Shown: positions 48,128 to 62,910 of the stretch, piece after piece | Position numbering within the stretch: position 1 is the first letter of the stretch | How the letters are laid out: every line of letters starts with the position of its first letter | Assembly (NCBI GenBank): GCA_012295275.1 | Contig: CM022673.1 | Location: forward strand, 2,914,001 to 2,978,000 | Length of the DNA: 64,000 bases | Source: Chrysomallon squamiferum | Lineage: Eukaryota > Animalia > Mollusca | Direction of reading: 5' to 3' | Program-made: the position numbers and the translations under genes | The notes under the pieces: model-generated | Seen by the model: only the letters and a program-made list of their open reading frames with translations | Told to the model about the DNA's origin: nothing | The model's database searches: none

Positions 48128-49058
48128 AATTAATTTAAATGAATTACTTAATGAACATATTTTATACTAATATTTTAAAATATATTATTTATCCGCACGA
48201 CCATTGTATTCATTATAATTTTATCCAACAAAATTCTAAATATCCACGTTCTTGTAAATAACTGGTTTTGAATCATGTCTTTGTTTCTTCCACTTTGAAA
48301 ATATTAAAACAGAAACTCTTTAACACGGCGAATTATTTCTTCCACTGTTCTGGATATTAAAATATCCAAGGCTGTAATTCAACATTTGTTTTGAATTTAT
48401 CTATTTTTTCAAGTATTATTATTTTGCATATTGCGTAGAAATAATACTCGTTGAAACGTGAACCTCTTTATTCTTTACTGTGGTACTACACAGTCAAAGT
48501 TCGTTCACTGTAAACTTCGGATACTTATTTCTCTTTTTATTTATTGCGCTCATTACAGTTTCTATGATTTTCCGTTCTGTATTCTATTACGATTTTTGCG
48601 ATTGTATTTTATCATTTCTTTGTTTGTTTATTATGATCTCTCTGACTGCTTAATTAAAACGGTTTTCGGTTTAGTTCTGCCCAGTTCTTCACACGGTTAT
48701 GGTTGTGTTTAATGTGGTTTGTATCTTATGGTTTCTGAATCTACACAGGGTCGTAGTTTCTGGGTGTATCTGTGTGTGTCTTGGGTTCTCTAGCGAAATT
48801 AACAAAGCCGTGGTCCCACAGCCCACTGGTCAAGTTACCCTCGTCGAAATATAATTGGCCATAAAATATTTATTCATATGGACAAAATATGGTCCGAACT
48901 CCGAACTTGAAGACCTCATTCGGTGTGAAAAATGAAAACCAAATATTTACGAAACACGTCGGGAAAGATGAATTTTTATTTTGACCCCATGATAAACCCA
49001 CGCTGGTTTCTCTACATAGTTATAATATTATTTTGTTTTTCCTTCTTCTTCTTCTTCT

Positions 49059-49097
<39 letters not shown>

Positions 49098-49123
49098 TTA
49101 AAAAAAAAAAAAAAAAAAAAATT

Positions 49124-49158
<35 letters not shown>

Positions 49159-49461
49159 GACAGTTAAAAATGAATATTCATTTGATCACAAGAAATAAAA
49201 AATGGCTGTCCATAGGATCTCTGGTCACTTCTCACTGTGATACTAAAACAACCTAGACGAATAACAAGGCATTTGCTATCAGTCTGTGATTTTTGTTTTC
49301 ATCTTCAGAAAGATCAGTTACAGCAAAACAATTTAAAAAGGAACAAAAAAATGGAAGGAATTAAAGTGTTTTAAACATTTAATGTGAGATTTGAGAATTT
49401 AAAGCTGACTGTGTTGAGGATAAAATCACGTTCTTGGTTCCTATCGAGAAGCACTAAAAAT

Positions 49462-49462
49462 T

Positions 49463-49541
<79 letters not shown>

Positions 49542-49599
49542 GTAATAACAAGAACAACAACAACAACAACAACAACAACAATAATAATAATAATAATAA

Positions 49600-49631
<32 letters not shown>

Positions 49632-49675
49632 TAATGATAACAATAATAATAATAATAACAATAATAAAAAAAAAA

Positions 49676-49713
<38 letters not shown>

Positions 49714-49715
49714 TA
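49462..49715. repeat. Compound (AAC)n/(AAT)n microsatellite
   Basis: Directly visible. Confidence 0.9.
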
Positions 49716-50656
49716 ACAAAAATAAGAAGAAGAAGAAGAATAAAATGAAAATAAAAAAAAAGAAGAAGAAGAAAAGAAATTATTGAAGAAGAATCGAAAA
49801 ACAATTTATTTGTCTACCTATAGATCTGTCTATCTATTTGTTTGTCTGTTTCTCAGTCTATCCGTCTGTCCGACCATCAATCCATCTGTTCTACCATCCA
49901 ACCATCCGTCCATTTACCAGAAGAAAACAGAAGAAGAAAAAAAAAAAGGACTGTTCCCGAATACAGCGCCTCTCTCCCGACCGTTCGCTTCAGGTAGCGA
50001 TGAAAAGAAACCGATATTTATTGATTTTTTTCCCTTCTGATGCATTCCTAATGAGATAACGATAAACACGAAGCACATCATTGAGATTGAGTTTCAACAG
50101 GATACGCGTTTACAAGTCAGACCCGCGGTTACCTTTACCATTGGGCAAGCGTTGCGTCGTCACGATTTGTTTGTGTTTGCTACACGGCGGAGTATCGTTC
50201 TGCGGCGTTCAAAGAAACCCGGGGTGTTGTCTTTAGAGGTAAAGGAAAAGAACATGAGTGTTCCCCGAAACGCCCCCCGGGGTCGTGTTCACATGTGGGG
50301 CGAATAAAACGAAACATCTCCAGCCGCATTACCACCACCAACTCCTCCAGTATTACTTATATTCCCCACCCCCACCCACGTCTTACAGAGCGGTGATGGA
50401 ATATATGCTACGATGCTAAGCATTCTGAGAAGTGAGTGAGATACAGGCTGTAATGAATGGAGAGGTGTGTACATGTGTGTGTGTGTGTGTGTTATTTTTA
50501 TGATAAGAGTGGAACTTGAGATTATCATGATGCATTGTGATTGGTCTGTAACTGACCGTAATTTTATCTTGATTTAATACACTGGGACAAACAAAATTAA
50601 ATGAAGCAAATACATGTATAAATATTTGGTGATAATATTGCAAATGATCTATGGTT

Positions 50657-50678
50657 ACTACTATCACTACTACTACTG

Positions 50679-50737
<59 letters not shown>

Positions 50738-50950
50738 TCTATCACTACTACTGTAACTGCTATTATTATATCACTACCTCTACTACTAGTACTACTACTA
50801 CTACTGCTACTACTACTACCTCTACTACTGCTATTACTACTATTTCTATTATATCACTACTATAACTGCTACTACTCTTACTGCTATTACTATTATATAA
50901 CAACTACTACTACTATTATTACCACTGATACTATCACAACTATTTCTGCT
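50657..50950. repeat. Degenerate (ACT)n microsatellite
   Basis: Directly visible. Confidence 0.9.
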
Positions 50951-52194
50951 TCTAGTACGTACTAATATTGCTCCTACTACTGCATCAACAAATGATACTA
51001 ATAGATAATCATCTCTCAACTTTAATAACTAAAAACAAATATATACCGTTCACTCTTTTTCTCTGTATATATAAGATTTTGTTTACACATATGCACACAC
51101 ACAAACATACACACACTCAGACACACACATACACACATTTACAGATATAGTGTGTTGTGCGTCTGTGTAAACAACTTGATTTCAAGTAAGGCAATGTTGA
51201 ACAATCCATTTAACAAGAAATTTTACAGATAACATAAATACACACTGATACATTTTCAACACACTACGCGAATATAATCCAGAAATGATGAAGTCAGAAC
51301 TCTCTGTATCTTACATCACCGACAGATTTCACTGCGTCGATTACAAAAACCACTACAGATTTCGTCCTCTTGTGCAGTGTGTATATTGGAAGAGATAGGA
51401 TTTCTATCGCAATTTAACAACAATAAACAACATCACAAAACATCGTCGTTGTAATTGGGTAACTCGACGTTTCATCCGCCATAACTGCACCGCAATCGTA
51501 TCCATCGTTTTGAAAAAAAAAAAAAAAACCCTTAAACTATACTTCCGCTCCGTTCCGTCATATCAAGGGGGAAAAAAAATATTAAACTATTTACGCGTGG
51601 AAATATAACCGATGAACGCAGCATTTGTAAACGATAGACAGCGAGATTAACGTTTGCGTGATAGCTTGTGTAAACCACGACGAAGAAGAAAGAATAGTAT
51701 CTAGGCTAATGGGGTTTTATCTCAACTTATTTAGATTTTCTCTTTCGCTGTAGAAAAAAACAACAACAAAAAAACATTATATAAAAAGCGACTCCTGCTG
51801 TCAGCTTTGGCAATTACGAGCGCCCCGTGAGCAAGGGTTTTTCCCCGCGGGTGGGGATTATTCGCTCGACGTGCGCTCTGAGACGGGGGGGGAGGCAGCG
51901 TCCGACTGGGTGGGAAGGCTGATGCTAAGAGAACCAAAGTCAATAGCGCAGTGGTCGGGTGATGTAATAGCTTATTTGCATGATTTAATTAATTTCCTGG
52001 AGATAATTAGATAAAGATGTCTGAAAGATAAACACAATGTCAGTTTACTTTCGTATCTTCTCCGCTGCTATCGCCCGTTTATTTACCGAAGTTTAACAAT
52101 GTTGTTAGAAGAAGTGAATATCAACAGAGTTACCGTCCGTCGTCGTCTGCTCAAAACTGTTCCGAGAAGCCAGTGTTACATTTATTGTCTTTAG

Positions 52195-52201
52195 GAAGAA
52201 G

Positions 52202-52242
<41 letters not shown>

Positions 52243-52531
52243 AGAAGAAATAGAAAGAAAACAAAAAAGAAAAGAAGAAGAGGTTGAAGAAGGAAATGAA
52301 GACAAAAAAAGTAGCAAATGAGGGAAAAGAAAATGATGGCGAAGAAACAAGAAAGAAAAAAGAAAAAAGAAGAAGAGAGAAAAAACAGAAGAAAAAGTTG
52401 AAGAAAGAAGAAAAAATCGAAAAAAAGAAGAAGAAGTAATAATAATAAAAAAAGAGTAGAAGATGAAGAAACAAGAAGAAATGAAGAAAAAAGAAGAACC
52501 AAAAAGAAAAAAAAGAAGATGAAGATGCGAG

Positions 52532-52564
<33 letters not shown>

Positions 52565-52580
52565 AGATGAAAAGAAACAA
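52195..52580. repeat. Purine-rich poly(A)/(GAA)n low-complexity tract
   Basis: Almost entirely A/G on the plus strand for ~390 nt. Confidence 0.85.
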
Positions 52581-53098
52581 TAAGTTGAAGAAAAGCAGTA
52601 TATAAACGAGAAAGAAAAGTATAAGGAAAAAATAAAAAATAAAACATATGGTTAATAAACCTGATTATGTACATCAGTTTCTAGACTGAGACCTATAACT
52701 CTGTTTATTTTCATATTATGTATAATTTAAAGATTCCCATAGATATAGACATCAGCTGATAAGTGGATAAAGACAAACAAATCACAAAGCATTTGCTTCA
52801 TATTTTTTAATCCATTCATAAACATAACTTAAAAAACCCCATTATTTTCAATACGGACATTTCAATACGGACATTTATTTGTGAACTTTAATTTTTGTTC
52901 AGGGACTACTGTGTACAGACATTAGTGTTATAATACTAAATCTTTAAATGAAAATTTTGTCCAGTTTTAAGAAAACTTTATTTGTCTGTTTGTCGTCCTT
53001 TCTCTTTGTTAGGCCATACGTCAAAAACATCATCCAGAAGCCTGCTCCTGTTTCTGTTTGTACTGAATCTGTGGCGTTCCTGTACAATTATTTTTCTC

Positions 53099-53138
<40 letters not shown>

Positions 53139-54982
53139 AAATTAAAACTGTCCAGTTACTAGCTTGTACCGAAGTAAATACCAGTCTACGACTCTTCAAT
53201 TGCTTCCAATCATAGGGCGCTGATGATATGTTATGACTTCTGGCATGCGGTCTATGGCAAAGCAGCTAATATCCCGTGCCAAAGATTCTAGATGCCAAGA
53301 CATGGTATTAATAAATGGTTACAACAGTTTTGCATACACAGAGATGGTAGATAGGACTTCCCCGCTACGCACTATTGTTCATCTGATATTTATTCTTTAT
53401 AATGTTATTTATTTTATCTACAGAGCTATTGTGGTACTTCCCTCTTTATGCAATCATGGATTCGCCTCTGCTTTATGTGTCAAGTTGTTTGAAGGATTTT
53501 TTCATGTCAAGTGTCGATTGTGTTTTGATTATTTGAATTTGTAATTATTAGTTGTTTAAATATATATTTTGAAAGCGGCATAGTGTTTAGGAAAGAAAAA
53601 AAAAATTAACAGTGGAATTGGAGATAATAAAAAAAGTGTATAAAATAAATAAATAAATAAATAAATAAATAAACAAGTTAAGTACGTTAGTAAATAAATA
53701 AACAAATGAATAAATAACTAAATTAATAAGTAAATAAAAATCATATAAATGAAATTTAATAAAACAAGAAAGAAAGAATAATAGTAATAAAAAAGAAATG
53801 AATCACAATTAAAAAAAAAGAGTAAAAAGTTAAAAAGCAACCAGAAAAAAACGAAAAAAAAGAAGAAGAAATAAATAGAATAATAACAAAAATTAAAATA
53901 AATAAATTGAATACAGGCAAGACTTTATATTATTTTGTTCCCGACTTAAATACTGTTCAGAAAAAATACCACAAATTTATTTGTTTATTTTTGATATTCT
54001 CTTGATGCATATCAACAGTTACACGTCGATAAAGAATTTTAAAATACCTGCAGATAAGAAAATATTCGAAAATATTCTTTGCTTTCATTTCAGAAGTTAT
54101 CGGTATATTCAGACTTGGTTCTGTGTTTAGACCGTCTGGGGTGCACGTGAAAGATCTTGCGCTAGAGCCTCGCTTCTGTTGACCGAGACAACCAGAAACG
54201 CGCCAAAGTACACGGAAAATTTAATAAGAAAAAAAAAGAAAGAAAAAAAAAAAAAAACTATATCGAGAAATCTTCGCCAAAATTGAACACGTGATCGTTG
54301 TTTGCTTAAAAAATTAACCATGACAAGGAGCGAAGGAGAGATTTCGGAAGCGAGATTATAGGAAGTGACAGACAGCTAGTGGCGCCTTCTGGCGGACGTT
54401 TAGTACTTAAAGAGTGACGCGGCGATCGTATGCCGTCACGTGCGAAACCGTGGTCGCTGTTGACGTTGCAGAATGCCACGCACTGACAGAACACGCAGAC
54501 ACAGGGCAAAGAAACACATTGCTGACGTGGATTCAGAGAACCCTACCCCTACCATTTGCCGGTCAGTCACAGCGGCGAATTCAGTGGGTGTTGGGTTTTT
54601 AGCTCAGAGTTCGTCTAAACATATTTTATTAACAGCATAAGTCTTTTGTTATTATTACATTGCTGGAAAAACACATTCTGTGTTCAGTGAGAGGCTGTGG
54701 GCAGTGGTGTTACATATCTTCAGTGGCTGTGTTATATGTATGGTATACGTATATATATATATATATACTACAAGCGAGGCATTTAAAGTTGTTTTTTTTT
54801 AAATGCCAAGACGTCTGTAGTTCCTGAAATATATCTTGTCTTAATGACCTGTAAAGGGGCGGGTTAGGGTGGAGACAAACTCCGTCCATGTGGTTTTGTT
54901 TATAAACTGAAGCTTAAAGTCCGCGGGTTGTTAATAATCGACGTGTTATTTTATACATTTTGCTGGACAGAATGCAACAGTG

Positions 54983-55015
<33 letters not shown>

Positions 55016-55097
55016 AAAATGTAGATAATATGTAGGTGTATTCAAACCACTTATATGCAGAATAGAAAAAGGGACAATTCTAATCAAAGAATTCGAA

Positions 55098-55105
55098 AGA
55101 CAGAC

Positions 55106-55179
<74 letters not shown>

Positions 55180-55303
55180 AGTGCGAGATCTAAATATTTA
55201 AAAAGCATTGCTTTTGAGATTAAGTGTGCTTTCTCTTGGGCAAAGTTATATATTTAAACACTAATTGTTCTGTAGCTGATTTAGGTGTATGTATGTATGT
55301 ATG

Positions 55304-55363
<60 letters not shown>

Positions 55364-55466
55364 TGTATGTATGTATGCATGTATGCATGTATGTATGTAT
55401 GTATGTATGTATGTATGTACGTATGTATGTATGTATGTATGTATGTATGTATGTATGTATGTATGT
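55098..55466. repeat. (GA)n and (TATG)n/(TA)n microsatellites
   Basis: (GA)n at ~55111-55174; (TATG)n at ~55288-55466. Confidence 0.9.
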
Positions 55467-55534
55467 CTTTTTATTAATAACTAAGCATTATAAAAGATGA
55501 CGCAATACAACGTTTTAGTTTTTTCTGGGTTTTT

Positions 55535-55589
55535 TATTACAAATAGAAGGGTATCATTTTGTATTACAAATAGAAGGGTATCATTTTGT
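55535..55589. repeat. 27-bp perfect tandem duplication
   Basis: tattacaaatagaagggtatcattttg at 55535 and 55562. Confidence 0.85.
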
Positions 55590-57448
55590 GCAAGTCAAAC
55601 GAATTAACATATATATATTACATCAACAAGTTACGATCGTATACTTAACACAAATTAAAACTTTAACACTCTTCTAACTCTCACAGAGATCCGTGTCGAT
55701 CTTGTTTGTCTATAAACAGCTACGAAACAGACCAGCCAATTGTGAAAAGACGAAATCTCGACGTCGCTACCAAATGTCCAAACAGAACCAGGATAATCCG
55801 ATACACGGAACACCGGAGTATAGGCTAAGCAGATTATTGTTGTAGCCTTTGTGTGGTGTTTTTATCTGTTAATGTGACTCGGGTTGGAAGTCTTGGATAA
55901 CCAGGCTCCTTGTAATGCGGAGGTTGTGAAGATTTCAGAAAGTTTTCTTAACGTGGTTGAAGATTTACGAAAGATTAAAACCTATTGGTTTTACAATTGT
56001 TTGTTGTTGTTTTTTTTAATTCGATATATTTAAAAGTTATTCAAAACTACTGATTTCATTTTGTTTTTTTTTGTACAAGAAATAAAGAAAAACTTTTATT
56101 TATTAATCTATTTCTCTCTTTTCTGTTTTATTTTATTTTAAATTGTATTCTTTCTTTATTGATATATTTCTTGCTTATTTGTTTATAATTTAAAAATATC
56201 TGAAATTTTTTTTTTGGTAAATTTTATATTATAAACAACAAACACATATTCTGCTCCATCTTTATTTCGTTATTACTGAATATAAAATATTTAAAATAAA
56301 ATGAGTAGATTTTAAAAAAAAATTCTTAACAGTTTCGAAACCACGAAACCAAGACGACTATAGTTCGTCTTTAAAGTAAAAGTTATTTTTATATTAAAAT
56401 ATATCAAATACTGACTTTATTACAAATATATTTTTATTACCAAATTTAAATTTATCTTAGAATCATTTTTATATTTTTTCTTCTTAATTTTTACTTGATG
56501 ATGTTGTTTTAAGATACGAAAAACAAACATCTGTAAAAAAACGTTTCAGTGCAGCTAAATATAATACAATGAAATAAAACAAAATAAAATAAACTAAACA
56601 AAACAAAACAAAACCAAATAAAATAAAATGAAATAAATAAATTAAAAAAACCAAATAAATAAAATAAAATAAAACAAAATGAAATAAAATGATATAAATA
56701 AATAAATATATACATAATAAATATATAAATAAAATAAACAGAATGAAAACAAACGAAGCAAAGAGAAAGAAAATATTTGAACACAAAAAGTCTAAGAGAT
56801 GAAAATTTACACGTCAAAGAAATATTTAGAAGAGTGGAATAAATGTATTTAAAATAAATATCGTTATAAAAATTAGCGAAATAAAATAAAATGTAATAAA
56901 ATAAAGTAAAAATAAGCAAAATAAAACATGAAAGAAACGAACTTTCAAAACAGCAAATTTCAATGTGGACGTAATTTGTTATTCAAACATATACAGATAT
57001 TTATATATTCATTTATTAATATTTATTTATTTAATTACTTACTTATTTACATACTAAATACATTTATGTTACAAAGAAACATAACAGAAACATCATGCTG
57101 ACTGAAATTACATTTATAAACATTTTAACTGTTTCCTCTGTTAAATAATGTTAAAATAACATAAAAATCGTTTCTACAGATTTTTATTTATATAACTTAT
57201 TAATGTTTCTTTTTGTTCTGTCTATTTTGTTAAATATATATGAATGTGTAGTAATATAAAATACTGAGCAAACACTGATAAATAATATATTTATCATGAT
57301 TAACAAAACGAATTTTACGTTTATGTTGAAATAAAAAATGAATGAGTATAGTAACAGATGTAAGTATATTGGTGATAATAATAATGTAACAGATGAATAA
57401 AAAATTAAAATAAAGCTTTCTTTCTTCCTCAAACGAAGACTTCACCCC

Positions 57449-57497
<49 letters not shown>

Positions 57498-57589
57498 ACA
57501 CAGAAAAAGAAAAAAAAGAAAAAAAGAAGACTAAAACAATTCAGCTAAATATCTTAATACTCCAATAAGTCATCATGCACAAAATATAA

Positions 57590-57663
<74 letters not shown>
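57590..57663. repeat. (AAAT)n microsatellite
   Basis: Directly visible. Confidence 0.9.
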
Positions 57664-57664
<1 letters not shown>

Positions 57665-58653
57665 GAAATAAAAAAGTAATATAAAAACAGAAAACAAGGA
57701 AGTGAACATTTATTTTACTAAAAATTAAGCTAAGCGGGTCCGATCAAAAATGATAATTGTTTTTATTAATTTGATGAATGATAGTTTAATTACAAGTTAT
57801 ATTCAATTAACAGTTTATTATTATTATTCGTATTATTATTTTAGTAGTAGTAGTAGTAATAGTAATATCAGTAGTAATAGGAAGAAATGTCCATACTTCT
57901 AAGTTTAAACACAAATCTTTTAAAAACTATTGTCATCTTTTTATGTAAATACTATATTTTTTATTATTATTTATTCAAATATATATATATTTTATAAATC
58001 TTGAAATTGGTCTTCTTAGAAAAAAAGAATTCTCATTCATTGTTATTTAATAAATTTTCGTTAAAAAAATAAAAAATAAAAACAAAATAAAAATTCTGTA
58101 TTCTACAAAACAATTCCTGGACCAAAAAAAAAAACCTCTTTAAATCGGTTTCTTCTGGCATCTTGAACAGACAAAACACACACAATCTCGAGCGACAAAG
58201 TTTAACTCTCTCTCCTCTCTCATTCCAAAGCAAGACTGGCTGTTTGGTAAACATTAGAAACTCATATGTATTGTGTTTCTGTTAATATCGCTTCCATCTT
58301 TCCGGCTTTATCGTTGAATTCTAAAACTTTCTGAAATTGCTTGCTATTAGCACTAATGCTCAACACGAAAACAAACCACGGGCTGCAGGAGGAGGAGCCA
58401 AGAGAAAGGCTTAAATAATAAATAAAAAAAATATATAAAAAATCCCCGAGTTAAAACCCATGTCATGAATATTCATAAAGCAATGTGGGCGTGTTTTTCC
58501 AGTCTCTGGCGGTAATACGAAAGTAGTCCAAAGTCGCCTGTGGAACTGTCTGAAACTGGATAGGGTTAGGAGTCGTGGCCGCAACATAGGAGGATATTAA
58601 GTGATTAACAAAGTTGTTAAAAGTTCTGGCTTCGACTTCTCGATTCTCTCGTT

Positions 58654-59836
58654 ATGTCGACTGCTTCTGCTTTCATGAAGTCCGAAAAAGTGTTCGATAA
58701 TTTCGCCATTGGAATTCAGACTTCAGGAGGTACCGACGAATTTTTGCAAACTCCCAACAAAATTCTTGAACAGGTTCAAAGAACTTCAGGATATAATCAG
58801 CATTCTATTGACGATATTTTGGGCAAGAGGCGAGCGGAAGACATAGGGAAAGGTAAGATCTACAGAACTTCTTTATTTTTTTTTTTTTTTTTTTTTTTGT
58901 TGTTTTAAAAATATTTTGTTAAGTGGTGGAATTAAAGAATTAAGGAATTAATTTCTTAAAATTTGTTTAACTTTTTGCGGATGGTTTCTAAAGAACATTC
59001 TCTTTTCTGTTCAGCCAAATGACTTTTTTAAATTAAATTATTATTTTTTCTTTTTTAGTAAAACTTGGAAACATTGATCAATAATTTATAATAGACTTAT
59101 GTCAGCGATTCAGGACCGCTCTGTCTTTTTCTTTCTTTCTTTGTGAATATTAGTTGGGTGACTGGGAAATTAGAGAGCAGACTTTTGAGGATTTGTATAA
59201 AATCTCTTCCTTTGGTTTTCCTTTCTTTAAATACTAATTTGGCACGTAGGAATTAGCAATGACAAATACTATTTTGTGTTTTGAATTATTACAAAGATTA
59301 CATCATATTCTGATAATCAGATTATGAAAAATTTAAGAAAATCTTTTTGACTTTTACAAATATCTTACATTACATATTACTAAAGTGTTTTTTGGGGTTC
59401 ATTTTTAGAAATATTTAAAAATTAAAAACCTTTTATATATATATATTTGTCACTTTTTATAGATTAAATCTTATTTAATCTTATCATCAATATATTTATT
59501 AAATTATTCATTGTATTATGATTTTTTTATCTTCATAATTAAATATTTTTGCATTATATATTTTAAAAATTAATTCAGAAACTGTTTTGAAATATATTTT
59601 AAAAAGTAAAAATTTAAAACATTTTCCCAAAGAGAAAAGTATCCTTTTAAAAACAAATAAATGAAAATGATAATACTGATTAAACACGCTAAACTAGTGA
59701 TTATAACTACTACTAATAATTTTTTGATATTTATAAAAACACAACACAACACATCACAGTATAAATGTTAAGGTGCTAATAAAGAATATCTGTTTGCTTG
59801 TTTGGTAATGATAAATTAAGAATGATCATAATGATG

Positions 59837-59881
<45 letters not shown>

Positions 59882-60442
59882 TAATAATAATAATGATAAT
59901 GATGATGATGATATCGAGGATAACAATAACACAGGAATGATAATAATAAGTTAACTTTTAAACTTTGAAAATAACAAAAAAACTCAGAGGCTAAATGATA
60001 TATGAAACAAATAATAAACAAACAAACAAACAAATAAATAAATGTATGAATGAATGAAAGAAATAATTATTAAATGAATGTATGAATGAAAGAAAGAATG
60101 AATTAACACAATTTTGAAATGCGCTATATCCATAAACAATGCCATTATAACGAGATGTTCGAGTATAAAATTAGCCATGCAGATTTGAAGTTATATTGAG
60201 CGAAGTTCCTTGAGATTTCCAGTTAGAATTTTACCTCCCCCCTCCGAAAAAAATAAAATAAAATAAAATAAAGAAAAAATAAACAGAAAATGAGCTTTTA
60301 AAAAGATACAGTTTTCCGAATATTTATTTAATGTCAAGTTACGGAAAAGAAAAAAGAAAGGAAAAAGGAACAGTTAATGAGAAAATAATTTAAAAACTAG
60401 AAAATGATATTACTAATAATCATAATCATAATCAAATATAAT

Positions 60443-60502
<60 letters not shown>

Positions 60503-61313
60503 GTAACAACAGTGACAGCAACAACACAATAATGACAACAAACAACAGCAGCAGCAGCAGCAGCAACAACACCTATTATAATAACAACAAACAAACAGCA
60601 ACAGAAATAAAAAGAAGAAAAACAAACGGAAATTCAAGACGTAATTGCGACATTTCTCTTCTCGCAATTACTCCAAGCTTCGTATCGCATTGCGCAAGAG
60701 CCATAAATCTAAAACCTTATTGAACGCTAACTGATGGAATTATTGCAAAAATATCTTCTTCTGGTCCCATTATTATCGTCTATTATCTGAAATCGCTGTC
60801 GTTATGCTTTCCCTTATCTAAAACACAAAGACTTAGAGGCAGATTTGGCGCCTGGCCCGTAACAAAGTTTCTGGCCTCCACGAGCGAAGACTTCCTCAAG
60901 AGCGTATTTCGTGATTACGCGTTGAAAGGTTCTGTCTAAACGCCGGAATCGTATCAGGTCTACAGTATGTTAATACGATAGCCTACGACACGGTTAGGGC
61001 AAATTAGTTAGGAATCGTTGATAAAGCAAGACGGATTAATGACGAAACTTGTTCTGTTCTTCTTCGTGGATTTGTCAGCTGTGTTTGCGAGGTAAAAACT
61101 GATAATAACAGAGAAAGGAACTGTAAATAAGATGTGGTAAATTAAAAAAAGAAAGAAGGTTTTTTTTTTTTTTTTTTTTTTCTTTATTTCGTTTGAATGG
61201 TATATTTGTATAACCATAGTAGTAGTAATAGTAGAAGTAGCAGTAGCAGTAATAGTAGTAGTAATAACGGTAGGCAAGTAAAGTTGTTTATTATTATTAT
61301 TATTATAATTATA

Positions 61314-61357
<44 letters not shown>

Positions 61358-61603
61358 TTCCATCTCATTAATTTCACTACTACTACTGCTACTGTTATTA
61401 TTATTATACAAATATATAACTGAATCAAAAATGAATTGTAGTTGTTATAAACTAACATTTCTTCTTCTTTTTCTCATCAACATATTTATGTATGAGATAT
61501 TCACCAGTAACAAACTAAACTTCACAAAACTTGAGTCTAGTATTTTGAAAATTATGATCGTTTATAATAAACTAATTTAAAACTTTATTTCACGTTTTTT
61601 AAA

Positions 61604-61645
<42 letters not shown>

Positions 61646-61990
61646 ATACAAATAATTCCTTGTATTCCAGAATCTTCCGACTGTGCACAGTCAAAGACGA
61701 ACATGAACGGTGAAATTTCCAGTTTGAAAAGCGAGCTGTCTCCGGACAACCTCGACGACTCCCGCGGGGACCTCAGCGACACGGAACACAGCCTCGACGA
61801 CGCCAACATTTCGCCCGACAACGCCGACGACAGCGCCGAGCAAAAACGGAAGAAACGGAGGAACAGGACGACGTTTACGAGCTACCAGCTGGAGGAGATG
61901 GAAAGGGTTTTTCAGAAAACTCATTACCCGGATGTGTACGCGCGTGAACAGCTCGCGCTAAGGTGCAATCTCACAGAAGCCAGAGTCCAG
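58654..61990 (+). CDS. Alx: Alx (aristaless-like, Alx1/Alx4/Cart1 family) paired-class homeobox gene, 5' part; continues beyond the window
   Basis: Exon 1 58654-58852 (G|gtaaga, phase 1) contains HSIDDILG. Exon 2 61671-61990 encodes [47 protein letters not shown], the Alx-family signature, and ends at the typical paired-class intron position before VWFQNRR. No next exon was seen before 64000. Confidence 0.9.
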
Positions 61991-62856
61991 GTAGGACGAT
62001 GCTAATTTTATTTATTTAACTTAATGATGGAAATAATTTCTGGTTCGTTTTTCAGAAAGGATCTGCAGTTATGTTATGAAAATAAATATCAACATGCTCG
62101 ATAAACACTAGATAATTTAATTTTGAAATAAATAGATATGTCGATACATAATAAATGAATAATACTAAATAAATAAATAAATAAGTAAATAAGTAAGTAA
62201 GTAAATAAATTGTAAGCAAATAAGTAAGTAGTAAATACTCGAACGAATAAATAAATAAATACATAAAATAAATGAATAAAAGAATGAATGAATAAATAAT
62301 GCATAAATCTATGAAAATAGATTTATTAAAATGATAATTAAAACAAACTTGTCAGTGAACAATACAACAACAAAAGTAATAGTAATAATGTTAATTGTAT
62401 TAATAATGATAATGATGGTGATAATTATGATCAGAATGATAATAATAATAATAACGATAAAGAAAACAACAACGACAACGATAATAATAATAATACTGAT
62501 AATAATGATGATTTATCTTAATGATGACAATAATAATAATGATAAAGAAAACCACAACAACAACAATAATAATATTGATAACAACAATAATGAATAACAA
62601 AAATGTCAGTTAAGGAAGAAAATATTTATTTGCTTTTAAAAAGCTATAACCTATTAATTACAATGGTTATTTCTAATAATTAACATTCAAAAATTAATAT
62701 GAATACAAGACGATCATAGAAGAAATGAAGATGTAAAATAATTCCAAAAAGAAAAATATGAAAGAAAAGAAGATAAAAAAAAAATAATAATAATAAAGGT
62801 CAAAACAGTATAAACAAAATAACGAGAAAAATTTAAAATTTAGTAGCATTAGTTTT

Positions 62857-62910
<54 letters not shown>

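Larger units (their letters stand above)
36808..49296 (+). repeat. Tandem segmental duplication unit B (~12.5 kb, contains ligase copy 3)
   Basis: Colinear copy of 24199-36814 with SNPs, microsatellite length changes and several indels. Confidence 0.93.

Noticed and set aside
49441-57493. Many 60-190 aa ORFs (poly-I/L/F/Y, ERER, CVCV, MYVC)
   Set aside because: They are translations of microsatellites and low-complexity tracts, with no coding signal.
58654-61990. Rx, Arx or Pax3/7 identity suggested by the octapeptide
   Set aside because: Homeodomain residues ([25 protein letters not shown]) match the Alx family, and no paired domain is present.
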